A DNA stretch of 47,531 nucleotides from Chthoniobacterales bacterium (GCA_036378375.1 DASUWQ010000452.1:1-47531), one strand, 5' to 3'; positions 18,325-26,785 are shown, numbered from the stretch's first letter. Numbers and translations: made by a program. Notes: generated from the sequence alone by a model not told the origin.

Positions 18325-18378
18325 AGCCTGCCTTTCTCACAGCCCCGAAGGCTTTCGGGGCTGTGAGAAACGCAGGCT
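18325..18378. repeat. 54-nt near-perfect palindrome (about 24-bp stem)
   Basis: The sequence is agcctgcctttctcacagccccgaa ggct ttcggggctgtgagaaacgcaggct. A second 11-bp inverted repeat follows (agcccggattt 18381-18391 / aaatccgggct 18420-18430). Confidence 0.85.
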
Positions 18379-18455
18379 ATAGCCCGGATTTTCAAAGGAG
18401 CGGTAATCGCTTCTGTGAGAAATCCGGGCTTCGGTCGTTCGACGAAACCTTGTGT

Positions 18456-18971
18456 ATGAGACTCACATCTTTAAAACTCGAGTCGGTTGACGACCTTTTC
18501 TTAGCGGAGTTACGCGACCTTTATGACGCTGAAAACCAGCTGCTCAAGGCTCTCCCAAAGCTAGCCGAAGCGGCTGCTGCGCCAGCACTCAAGATGGCGT
18601 TCAGCCAACACCTGGAGGAGACAAAAGGACATGTTGGCCGATTGGATCGGGTCTTTCGGGAACTCGACGCTAAGCCGTCCGGTGAAACCTGCGAAGCCAT
18701 GAAAGGGTTGGTCAAGGAAGGAGAAGAGTTCATCCAGGCCAAGGGAGAACCCTCGGTGCGCGATGCCGGATTGATAGGGGCGGCTCAACGAGTCGAGCAC
18801 TACGAGATGGCGGGCTATGGAACGGCCCGTACCTTGGCGAAACGCCTCGGCTACCAAGAGATCGCCACGATCCTTCAGCAGACTCTGGAAGAAGAAGGCG
18901 AAGCCGACAAGAAACTCACGACCGTGGCTGAAAACGAGGTGAACGTCCGAGCGACCGCTACGGCGCCCTAA
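18456..18971 (+). CDS. DUF892 ferritin-like protein (YciE/YciF family)
   Basis: ATG at 18456. Contains LFLAELRDLYDAENQLLKALPKLAEAA, HLEETKGHVGRLDRVF and VEHYEMAGYGTA, all typical of DUF892. Confidence 0.85.
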   Translation: MRLTSLKLESVDDLFLAELRDLYDAENQLLKALPKLAEAAAAPALKMAFSQHLEETKGHVGRLDRVFRELDAKPSGETCEAMKGLVKEGEEFIQAKGEPSVRDAGLIGAAQRVEHYEMAGYGTARTLAKRLGYQEIATILQQTLEEEGEADKKLTTVAENEVNVRATATAP

Positions 18972-19070
18972 GGGGATTTCCTACGAAAACCTGCGCGGCG
19001 CCGGAACGACCGGACACTCCGAGCGTAGCTCAAGGTTCAAATGGACACATCCAGAACACAAAAAGGAAAT

Positions 19071-19194
19071 AGGAATTTCACAGCAAGGCCACGAAGGCCG
19101 CAAAGATAAAACCGGAAAAGTGGCGGTTAAGACTTTCTGAGTGTGGATTCAGGATTTGTCTTTGTGGCGTTCGCGGCCTTGCTGTGAATTTTTC
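19071..19194. repeat. inverted repeat element (about 40-nt arms, about 38-nt loop) of the TTCACAGCAAGGCC family
   Basis: The left arm is aggaatttcacagcaaggccacgaaggccgcaaagataaaacc. The right arm is ggatttgtctttgtggcgttcgcggccttgctgtgaatttttc. A single related copy lies at about 26955-27000. Confidence 0.85.
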
Positions 19195-19249
19195 TATGTT
19201 CGCGGTCTCAAGACGACCTTCCTTTGCCTCCCTTACGATCTTCCTGTGA

Positions 19250-19993
19250 ATGCGAATTCTCATTGCAAACGACGACGGAATCTATAGCCCCGGGATCATT
19301 GCGCTGGCCCAGGTTGCGACCAGCTTTGGTGAAGTTCGGATTGTGGCTCCGGATGTTGAGCAATCTTCTATGGGGCACGCCATTACGGCAAACCGGCCAC
19401 TCAACTTTCTGAAAACCCGGGTTAAAGAATTCGACGCGTATCGCGTGAACGGAACTCCTGCGGATTGTGTTGCGCTCGGCTTGCACCAATGGGGAGGGGC
19501 AGATCTCGTACTTTCGGGAATCAATCTGGGCCTCAATCTCGGCAGTGCAATTTGGCATTCCGGAACATTGGCAGCCGCAAAGCAGGCGGTCCTCTCCGGG
19601 GCGAGAGGTATCGCTTTCAGCACAGCGGCTGAACGTGAGGAACCGATTTTCGATAAATTACAATCTCACGTTGAGGCGGTCCTGAAAGTACTCGTCCGGC
19701 ACCCTTCGTTGCGGCTGGTGAATGTCAACCTACCGCCGGAGCCTAAGGGAATCCGTTGGACTCGCCAATCGATCCGTCAGTATGACGGCCGGATGGTCCA
19801 AAGCAAGGACCCGATGGGTCGTGAGATCTATTGGTTCACGGTAGTCCCGGTCGGTGAAGCCGAAGAAGGCACGGATCGATGGGCGATTGAAAACGGGTGG
19901 ATCTCCGTAACGCCGCTACGACTTGATCTGACCAACGACATCGAGTTAGCTAAACTGGCCGCTGCTCCCACTAGTACTGAAGGTGAGAGGTGA
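19250..19993 (+). CDS. surE: 5'/3'-nucleotidase SurE
   Basis: Contains MRILIANDDGIYSPGI (NDDG motif), GTPADCV, SGINLGLNLG and SGTLAAA. The 247-aa length is typical. Confidence 0.9.
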   Translation: MRILIANDDGIYSPGIIALAQVATSFGEVRIVAPDVEQSSMGHAITANRPLNFLKTRVKEFDAYRVNGTPADCVALGLHQWGGADLVLSGINLGLNLGSAIWHSGTLAAAKQAVLSGARGIAFSTAAEREEPIFDKLQSHVEAVLKVLVRHPSLRLVNVNLPPEPKGIRWTRQSIRQYDGRMVQSKDPMGREIYWFTVVPVGEAEEGTDRWAIENGWISVTPLRLDLTNDIELAKLAAAPTSTEGER

Positions 19994-20022
19994 GAAGTGA
20001 AAGGTGATTGGTGATTGGTTGG
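19981..20022 (+). repeat. heptamer tandem array (AGGTGAG x2, AAGTGAA, AGGTGAT, TGGTGAT, TGGTTGG)
   Basis: Read directly from the sequence. The surE stop codon (19991-19993) lies inside the array. Confidence 0.9.
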
Positions 20023-20152
20023 TAGGGCGAAAATCTTGGCGCACCCAGGGTATGGCTAGTTCTTTTGTTAAATCGCGCCGATTTCAGCCGCCCTTTTTGC
20101 GTTCTTTGTGCTCTTTCGCGGCTGTTCCTTCTTGGTTATCGCCTGTTCATAA

Positions 20153-21607
20153 ATGTCTGCTCGCGCCTCCAGCTCCCGCAACAGCAAAGTGGTCGAAACT
20201 GATATTCCGGCCCGGCTGGATCGATTGCCTTGGTCGCGCTGGCATTGGTTCGTCGTGATCGCGTTAGGGGTAACCTGGATCCTGGATGGATTGGAGGTTA
20301 CCTTAGCCGGGGCGATTAGTGGGGTTCTACAGAAACCAGAGGCACTGAAATTGACCGATGCCGAGGTCGGCATGAGCGCGACCTTCTATCTGGCCGGAAA
20401 CGTCTTCGGGGCGCTGCTTTTTGGGTTTCTGACTGATAGGCTCGGCCGAAAACGGTTATTTTCGCTTACCCTCCTGGTTTACCTTATCGGAACGGCGTTA
20501 TCGGCTTGCTCCTGGAGTTTTGCCAGCTATGCGCTATTTCGATTCATAACTGGTTCCGGGATCGGAGGCGAGTACGCGGCGATTAATTCCGCCATTGATG
20601 AGCTCATCCCAGCTCGTATTCGTGGGCGGATCGATATTACGATTAACTCGACCTACTGGATTGGCGCCGCAGTTGGCGCGGCTGGTACCTACACCCTTTT
20701 AAACCCAGCTCTCATTCCGGTTGCTTTCGGGTGGCGCGCCGTATTCCTTTTGGGAGCGTTGCTCGGAACCTTGATTCTAATTGTTCGTCATTGGGTTCCG
20801 GAAAGCCCGCGCTGGCTAACGATTCACGGGCGAAAACAGGATGCAGATGCCATCATCAAGGGCATTGAAGACAAGATCAGTTCCACTAAGAAGATCCCGG
20901 ACACGCCTACGAAAAGCATGTCGATCCGCGTCCGGACTCACACCCCTTTGAATGAAGTTTGGGACACGGTGGTTCATCGTCATCGGTCCCGTTCCTGCTT
21001 GGGTTTTGTACTAATGATTGCCCAAGCCTTTTTCTTCAATGCGATCTTCTTTACCTATTCTCTCGTTCTAGTGCGATTCTATAAAATTGCTCCAGAAAGT
21101 ACCGCTCTTTATTTGATCCCGTTTGCATTTGGTAACGTCCTTGGTCCGCTGATTTTGGGACCTCTCTTTGACAAGGTGGGTCGCAAACCGATGATCGTCC
21201 TGACTTATGCTACGGCCGGTTTGTTTCTCGCGATTACCGGTTGGATGTTTCAGGCCGAATTACTGAACGCGATGACACAAACGGTGTGTTGGATCGCCAT
21301 TTTTTTCGTTGCGTCGTGTGCAGCGAGTTCTGCCTACCTAACCACAAGCGAAATCTTTCCGCTGGAGATTCGTGGTCTCGCTCTTGCCCTATTTTACGCT
21401 GGTGGAACCCTCTGCGGTGGAATGATTGCACCCACCATCTTTGGCCTATTAATCCAGACCGGCTCCCGGGCCGCGCTTTTGTCAGGTTACATTGCGGCCG
21501 CCGTCTTGATGATCGGAGCTGCCGTTGCGGAGGTATTTCTGGGAGTCAAGGCTGAACGCCGCAGTTTGGAAGAGATAGCATCGCCGCTGTCGGCTGGTGG
21601 GAAATAA
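20153..21607 (+). CDS. MFS transporter (metabolite:H+ symporter-like)
   Basis: 484 aa with about 12 TM segments, loop 2-3 motif A (GFLTDRLGRKR), and a central hydrophilic loop. Confidence 0.85.
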   Translation: MSARASSSRNSKVVETDIPARLDRLPWSRWHWFVVIALGVTWILDGLEVTLAGAISGVLQKPEALKLTDAEVGMSATFYLAGNVFGALLFGFLTDRLGRKRLFSLTLLVYLIGTALSACSWSFASYALFRFITGSGIGGEYAAINSAIDELIPARIRGRIDITINSTYWIGAAVGAAGTYTLLNPALIPVAFGWRAVFLLGALLGTLILIVRHWVPESPRWLTIHGRKQDADAIIKGIEDKISSTKKIPDTPTKSMSIRVRTHTPLNEVWDTVVHRHRSRSCLGFVLMIAQAFFFNAIFFTYSLVLVRFYKIAPESTALYLIPFAFGNVLGPLILGPLFDKVGRKPMIVLTYATAGLFLAITGWMFQAELLNAMTQTVCWIAIFFVASCAASSAYLTTSEIFPLEIRGLALALFYAGGTLCGGMIAPTIFGLLIQTGSRAALLSGYIAAAVLMIGAAVAEVFLGVKAERRSLEEIASPLSAGGK

Positions 21608-21610
21608 TCG

Positions 21611-21666
21611 GTAAGCAGTAAGCAGTAATCAGTAATCAGTAATTGGTGATTGGTGATTGGTGATTG
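21611..21666 (+). repeat. heptamer tandem array (GTAAGCA x2, GTAATCA x2, GTAATTG, GTGATTG x3)
   Basis: Read directly from the sequence. It starts 3 nt after the MFS stop codon (21605-21607). Confidence 0.9.
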
Positions 21667-21806
21667 GGCGGAGAAAGGCTTGCCGTGCTGTAGGGCGTTC
21701 GGCGGCGGAGGTTAACCTTTTTCAAACTTCGAGGGATAGCATTTGCAGCGTCGGTGGTCTATGATCTGGCGGCGAATAGTGTGGCCCCAATCCTGCTAGT
21801 CTAGCA

Positions 21807-22040
21807 GTGAAAGAAATGGGGTGGAGGGAAATGTATTTCGCTTTTAAATGGAAACATCGGGACGGGTCAATGATCGAATTTGCACCGGAAGGCTGGCATT
21901 CTGACGATCCAGCTAAAGCAGAATGGCTTCAGACAGAATCTGGGCTTTCAAAAGCTTGGCCGCTAATTCCTGTGCCGATTCGGCTTTGGTTGCAACACCA
22001 TTGCGAGCTCGTCGAATTTAGGGGGATAATTCCTGATTAG
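21807..22040 (+). CDS. hypothetical small protein (weak call)
   Basis: 77-aa ORF with non-repetitive, Trp-rich composition. No family is recognised and the start is uncertain (GTG 21807 or an internal ATG). Confidence 0.25.
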   Translation: MKEMGWREMYFAFKWKHRDGSMIEFAPEGWHSDDPAKAEWLQTESGLSKAWPLIPVPIRLWLQHHCELVEFRGIIPD

Positions 22041-22074
22041 GGAACGGCTGTGCCATGCGAAACGGTGAAGGGAG

Positions 22075-22352
22075 GAATGGGCGAAACGGCGAAACGGAAG
22101 GTAGGGGAAAACTCGGCGCGCCGATGGTGCGGTTTGGCCCTTAGGGTAACCGCGCCGGTTTTGAGCCGCGTATCTTCGTGGATCACGTTTCGAAAATGCA
22201 TAGGGAATCGAGCGCGCGAAGTCCGGTCAGATGAGATAGCACCGCCCCCAAAGAAACGGCTCAAAACCAGCGCGGAGTGAGCTTAGGCAGCAAACCACGC
22301 CGGCGCACGGAGTTTTTCGCCCTACCGGCCGAATTCGCCGTTTTGCCCATTC
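22075..22352. repeat. about 280-bp nested imperfect palindrome (about 95-nt arms, about 85-nt centre)
   Basis: The left arm gaatgggcgaaacggcgaaacggaaggtaggggaaaactcggcgcgccg...cgcgccggttttgagccg pairs with the right arm cggctcaaaaccagcgcg...cggcgcacggagtttttcgccctaccggccgaattcgccgttttgcccattc. Confidence 0.85.
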
Positions 22353-22395
22353 GAAATTCGGCTCAGGGTAGGTCTATCAATCATTTCTCACAAAA

Positions 22396-22917
22396 CTAAC
22401 GTTGTGCCGAGCCCTTACTAGATTGCTGCTGTATCGACTGAATGTGACTCAGGTGCTGCTGGACCACGGGTAATGTCTGGTCCACGTAAGACTTTAGTTG
22501 GGAGTCTTTCACCTTCCCGGATTCCGTCTCGTATAGTTTGGCCGTCTCTTCGTGTCCTTGCACCATGGCATGGATGTACGTCTTGTCGAAGGCAGCTCCG
22601 GACAAACTGGACAGCTTATCGTACAGAGTTTTAGGTTCTCCGGTTAGTTTAGTCGGCATTTGAATCCCGGCTGAATCAGCGATCGGTTTCAGACTATCAT
22701 TTGCTTTCGAATGATCAGTTGCCATTTGTTCTCCAAACGCTTTAACGTCGGCGTTGTGAGACTTCTGAGAGGCTAACTTCCCGAGCTCAACTTCGGCGAA
22801 ATTACCTTTCGCAGCTTTCGTTACGAAAGCTTTCTCTGCCGTCGTCAATCCTTGCGCGTAGGCGCCGCTAACGACCGCGAGCAGGAACGGAAATGCGAGT
22901 AATACAGCTTTTTTCAT
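22396..22917 (-). CDS. DUF4142 domain-containing secreted protein
   Basis: Signal peptide MKKAVLLAFPFLLAVVSGAYA. The two halves, FVTKAAKGNFAEVELGKLA...DVKAFGEQMATDH and FDKTYIHAMVQGHEETAKLY, are typical of DUF4142. Confidence 0.8.
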   Translation of the reverse strand: MKKAVLLAFPFLLAVVSGAYAQGLTTAEKAFVTKAAKGNFAEVELGKLASQKSHNADVKAFGEQMATDHSKANDSLKPIADSAGIQMPTKLTGEPKTLYDKLSSLSGAAFDKTYIHAMVQGHEETAKLYETESGKVKDSQLKSYVDQTLPVVQQHLSHIQSIQQQSSKGSAQR

Positions 22918-23099
22918 AAATATGGTTCCATTCTTGATCGCCCTAGGGGGGGTATTGGGCCGTATTCGCTTACGGATTTATTGGTCGCGCTCATTGTCGC
23001 TTTATTCAGTAGGAGTACTAAACTACGCGGCTTGACCTGAGATCGGTTTAAAGCGGTTCCCCTCTAGACGTTACCCTCCGACCTCGCTTGACGACCCGA

Positions 23100-23133
23100 C
23101 CAATCATCAATCACTAATCACCTCTCACCTTCC
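23100..23133 (-). repeat. heptamer tandem array (minus strand: GGTGAGA, GGTGATT, AGTGATT, GATGATT)
   Basis: The plus strand reads ccaatcatcaatcactaatcacctctcaccttcc. The hybrid-kinase stop codon (23118-23120, minus) lies inside the array. Confidence 0.9.
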
Positions 23134-25253
23134 TTCCGCGAGCGTGGACTGGCTAGGCTCCATACCACAGCGATTAGTTCCGAGGGCTCTACAGGCTTGG
23201 GTAGGTGGTTCTGAAATCCCGCGTGGATTGCTTCCATGCGATCTTCCAGACGCGCATAAGCGGTTAATGCGACACCTGGGACTTCACTTTTTTGTGGATC
23301 GTTGAGCGCGCGGATCCGGCGCATCAAAGTGTAGCCATCTGCCTCCGGCATCCCAATGTCACAAATGAGAACGTCGATGGGGTTACCGAGAAGTTGTTGT
23401 ATTCCTTCGTCCGCCGATGCCGCTAGCGATACCGCCGCACCGGCCGATTCGAGCAGCACTTTGAGGAGACCGCGAGCGTCTGGATCATCGTCCACGACCA
23501 AAACTCGCATGTTGTTCAAATACACGGTCGCTTTAGTCTGAACTTCACGCGCTCGTGATTCGGGATGTTCGCGTTGGTCGGGTGGTAAATGAAGAACGGT
23601 GAGCGGAAGACTGACGATGAAAGTCGCTCCTTTGCCGATCCCGCTGCTCTTAGCCCGGACAGAGCCACCGTGCAATTCGACCAGGTTTTTTACGATAGCG
23701 AGACCCAACCCAAGACCTCCATGACGGCGGGTTGTGGATGCGTCCGCTTGTTGGAATCGGTTGAAGATGTAAGGAAGAAAATCGGGCGATATCCCTTCGC
23801 CGGTATCTCGGACGCTGATTTCTAGATGAGAATCGACTCTTTCCAATAGGACCTGAACCCGTCCGCCTTTCGGGGTGAATTTAATCGCATTGCTCAACAG
23901 ATTCCAAAATACCTGCTGTAAGCGATTTGGATCGCCGGAAACCAGTGAACTAACTGGGTCGATGACGGTTTGAATACGAATCCCCTTTGCTGCGGCGCTA
24001 GGGCGCATGGTTTCAACGGCTTTAAGTAAAACTGCCGGTAGGTCGATAGATTGAACATCCAGCCGTACCTTTCCAGAAATGATGCGACTCATGTCCAGCA
24101 GATCATCGATGATCTGAGCCTGGACGCGGGCATTGCGATCAACTGCTTCGAGGCCCTGGGCCATTTCCTGGTCCACGCCTTTTCTTGTTCGAAGAATGCT
24201 CGCCCATCCTAGGATCGCATTGAGCGGGGTCCGCAGCTCGTGGCTGAGAGTCGCAAGAAATTCGTCTTTCATACGGCTCGCTCGCTCTGCCTCGGCTCGC
24301 ATCAATCGTTCGCTTTCCAAAAGGCGTGCCTTCTCCGCGTTAGCCAATTCAGCGCTCTTTTGCGCCGTCCGCAAATCTTCGTCAGCCAGTTTCCGGTCGG
24401 TAATATCGCGGGCGATCTTTGACGCGCCCACAACGTTACCGGCGGCATCTTTAATCGGCGAAATCGTTAGCGAAACGTGTAGCAACCGGCCATTTTTCGT
24501 TACCCGGATGGTCTCGAAATGATCGACTCGCTCGCCCCGCCTCAGCTGGGCTAGGATTTCGTCCTCTTCTTGCTGGCGATCTTCTGGGATGAGTTTCTTG
24601 ATCGAAGTCCCAATCATCTCCTCCGCCGAATAACCGAAGATCCGTTGGGCGCCTTGATTCCAGCTGGTAATAATGCTGTTTAGATCCTTACCGATAATCG
24701 CGTCATCCGAATTATCTACAATCGAGGCTAGCCGGCGGGAGGCCAAGTCCGCTTGATTGCGCCCGGTTACATCTCGGAAGCTCCAGACTCTGCCCGCAGC
24801 CGTACCGTCGGTCGAGATGGGCTCAGAATATCGCTCGATCTGCCGCCCGTCCGTTAGCTCAAGCAGATCGACGCTTTTCGCGGTCGAGGTGGCTTCAATT
24901 TCGGCAATACGACGCGAATAATCCTCGGGTTGCTTCAACTGGCGAGCGATAAAAGCACGGATCTTTTGAGCGTCACGCTGAACAATCAAATCCTGCGGAA
25001 TACCCCATAATTCCAAAAACTTACTGTTCCAGTTTAGAATCCGACCGGTTTCGTCTATCGCCAAAATCCCGTCTGCGGTCGCTTCCAGAGTAGCCCGTGT
25101 AACCGCCAACGCGTAGGTGATTTCTTTGAGGCCTTCCTTGGGGTTTCTTCCGGGCATTGCGTGAGTCGCTTGGGCTTCCTCTAGCGTTCGCTGCCTTTCC
25201 TTGCCGCCCCTCGTCATTTCATCGCTTCGGCCCATGCGAACGTTTTCTAACAA
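23118..25253 (-). CDS. hybrid sensor histidine kinase/response regulator with PAS domains
   Basis: PAS repeats (ATADGILAIDETGRILNWN; DDAIIGKDLNSIITSWNQGAQRIFGY). The HisKA H-box is FLATLSHELRTPLNAILGW. The HATPase has N/G boxes (NLLSNAIKFT, DTGEGI, GGLGLGL). The C-terminal receiver has VLVVDDD, LICDIGMPEADG and LPKPV. The start could be the ATG at 25235. Confidence 0.9.
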   Translation of the reverse strand: MLENVRMGRSDEMTRGGKERQRTLEEAQATHAMPGRNPKEGLKEITYALAVTRATLEATADGILAIDETGRILNWNSKFLELWGIPQDLIVQRDAQKIRAFIARQLKQPEDYSRRIAEIEATSTAKSVDLLELTDGRQIERYSEPISTDGTAAGRVWSFRDVTGRNQADLASRRLASIVDNSDDAIIGKDLNSIITSWNQGAQRIFGYSAEEMIGTSIKKLIPEDRQQEEDEILAQLRRGERVDHFETIRVTKNGRLLHVSLTISPIKDAAGNVVGASKIARDITDRKLADEDLRTAQKSAELANAEKARLLESERLMRAEAERASRMKDEFLATLSHELRTPLNAILGWASILRTRKGVDQEMAQGLEAVDRNARVQAQIIDDLLDMSRIISGKVRLDVQSIDLPAVLLKAVETMRPSAAAKGIRIQTVIDPVSSLVSGDPNRLQQVFWNLLSNAIKFTPKGGRVQVLLERVDSHLEISVRDTGEGISPDFLPYIFNRFQQADASTTRRHGGLGLGLAIVKNLVELHGGSVRAKSSGIGKGATFIVSLPLTVLHLPPDQREHPESRAREVQTKATVYLNNMRVLVVDDDPDARGLLKVLLESAGAAVSLAASADEGIQQLLGNPIDVLICDIGMPEADGYTLMRRIRALNDPQKSEVPGVALTAYARLEDRMEAIHAGFQNHLPKPVEPSELIAVVWSLASPRSRKEGER

Positions 25254-25514
25254 AACCTTGCTTTGCCACGACGCAAAGAAAATTTGGTCGGAGTTATTTT
25301 TTAGCTAGCTCCCACCGGGAAATCCAGCCGGCCAACCACCGCATAGCAGACCTTTCCGTTCATCGGGGTGTTCCCGAGAATCGTTTTGCAGACTCATACG
25401 TTTACATTTCGCCTGCGGATACCGGTGAGGTCGTATGCGCCACGACCGATTTGTGGACCAAAATCGATCTGCTTATGGAATTAACTATTTCGTTTAACGC
25501 CAGGAGGACGGCAG

Positions 25515-25814
25515 ATGCTTATTTTTGGCAACTCACAAAAGTACCCGGACGACTCTGAAGAATCGTTTATCGTCGAAAACCTGTCAGCGTACTGTATACT
25601 TTGGTTGAAGCGGCAAAGCGAAGCGCTTGGTGAAACCAAAACGGTTATTTTACAGAATATCTTAAAAGAGTGGTTTGCGATGCACGCTCGTGATGTTCCT
25701 AACAACCTTAGTGCGTATGTCACTGAAATTGCGCGTGAAGCGGTGTCCGAGTTCATCGTTCGCCACCACGAGGAGTTTTTACCGGTAAACGGAGAGAGCG
25801 GATTAGTGGAGTGA
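25515..25814 (+). CDS. small ribbon-helix-helix-like protein, paralog B (unknown function)
   Basis: The ATG is preceded by AGGAGG 6 nt upstream. ENLSAY-CILWLKRQSEAL-GET-KTVILQNILKEWF fits an RHH pattern. The C-terminus has FIVRHHEEFLPV, as in paralog A. Confidence 0.6.
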   Translation: MLIFGNSQKYPDDSEESFIVENLSAYCILWLKRQSEALGETKTVILQNILKEWFAMHARDVPNNLSAYVTEIAREAVSEFIVRHHEEFLPVNGESGLVE

Positions 25815-26065
25815 TGGGAAGGGGCGGCCAACCGGGGAGCGCCGCCTCGCTTGCGAGGCCGTGGTGAGGGGGAAGATCGCAAATGAAAAAGCTAACCTTC
25901 GTTCAGCGCTCTAGGCTGCCATCTACACTTTTTCACCCCTATAGCGCATCCTGACGATCACTCTGCTTCGCGGGCCCTGTTCTCTGTCGGCCTGGCAAGC
26001 GAGCCACGGTCCACGATTGACCGATACCCATTTCGCAGCACTCTACCACGCCCACAGCTCTCACC

Positions 26066-26785
26066 ATGCGAACGCGACCCGCTTTAACGGTCGAAACGAC
26101 CACGCTGCTCCACCTTTTTTTCGGCACGGTTTGCGCGTGGTTGTTAGTGAAAAGCGTGCCGCGGATCTATAAGGGACGGCTGGAAGCAATCGATAACCAT
26201 CTGCTCCGAGCTTTCCGCCGGCCGGAAAATCTTTCTATCCCGATCGGACCGAAATGGCTGCCTCAAGCCGCGAAGGATGTGACTGCGCTCGGATCCGGCA
26301 CCAATCTCACGATTGCAACTGCAATCTTGGTTGGGTTCCTCTGCTTGAATCGCCGTTTTCGCGCGACTGGTTTCCTGCTCAGTTCTGTAGGGAGCGGCTT
26401 GCTCCTGTGCCAGTCGTTGAAGGGATTCTTCGCGCGGCGCCGTCCAACGGCGGTCCCGCATCTGGCGCATTTTGATCCGGCTAGCTTTCCCAGTGGTCAT
26501 TCCATGGGGGCAGCACTGGTTTATTTAACTTCGGGCAGCATTATTTCCCGCCAGGTAACGGGCTCGTTGGCCAAAACCTACTTCTTGTCGATGGCGTTAG
26601 TACTGGCCGTGATCGTAGGCGTTAGCCGAGTGTATCTCGGCGTCCATTACCCGAGCGATGTTTTGGCCGGTTGGGCTGCGGGGTCGTTGTGGTCCAGCGC
26701 CTGCGCGCAAGCCGCTCGTTGGCTCCAGCATCAGGGTGGCGTTGAACCGCCGACGGAGACAGGAGAAGTGAGAGGTGAGAGGTGA
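26066..26785 (+). CDS. PAP2 family phosphatase (membrane)
   Basis: The three PAP2 motifs are KGFFARRRP, PSGHS and SRVYLGVHYPSDV, with multiple TM helices. Confidence 0.85.
   Translation: MRTRPALTVETTTLLHLFFGTVCAWLLVKSVPRIYKGRLEAIDNHLLRAFRRPENLSIPIGPKWLPQAAKDVTALGSGTNLTIATAILVGFLCLNRRFRATGFLLSSVGSGLLLCQSLKGFFARRRPTAVPHLAHFDPASFPSGHSMGAALVYLTSGSIISRQVTGSLAKTYFLSMALVLAVIVGVSRVYLGVHYPSDVLAGWAAGSLWSSACAQAARWLQHQGGVEPPTETGEVRGER

Noticed and set aside
19021-19050. tRNA-like fragments (gcgtagctcaaggttcaaatgg), and ccggttcaaatacc at about 1578.
   Set aside because: They only resemble the D-arm or T-loop superficially. No acceptor stem, anticodon arm or full cloverleaf can be drawn.
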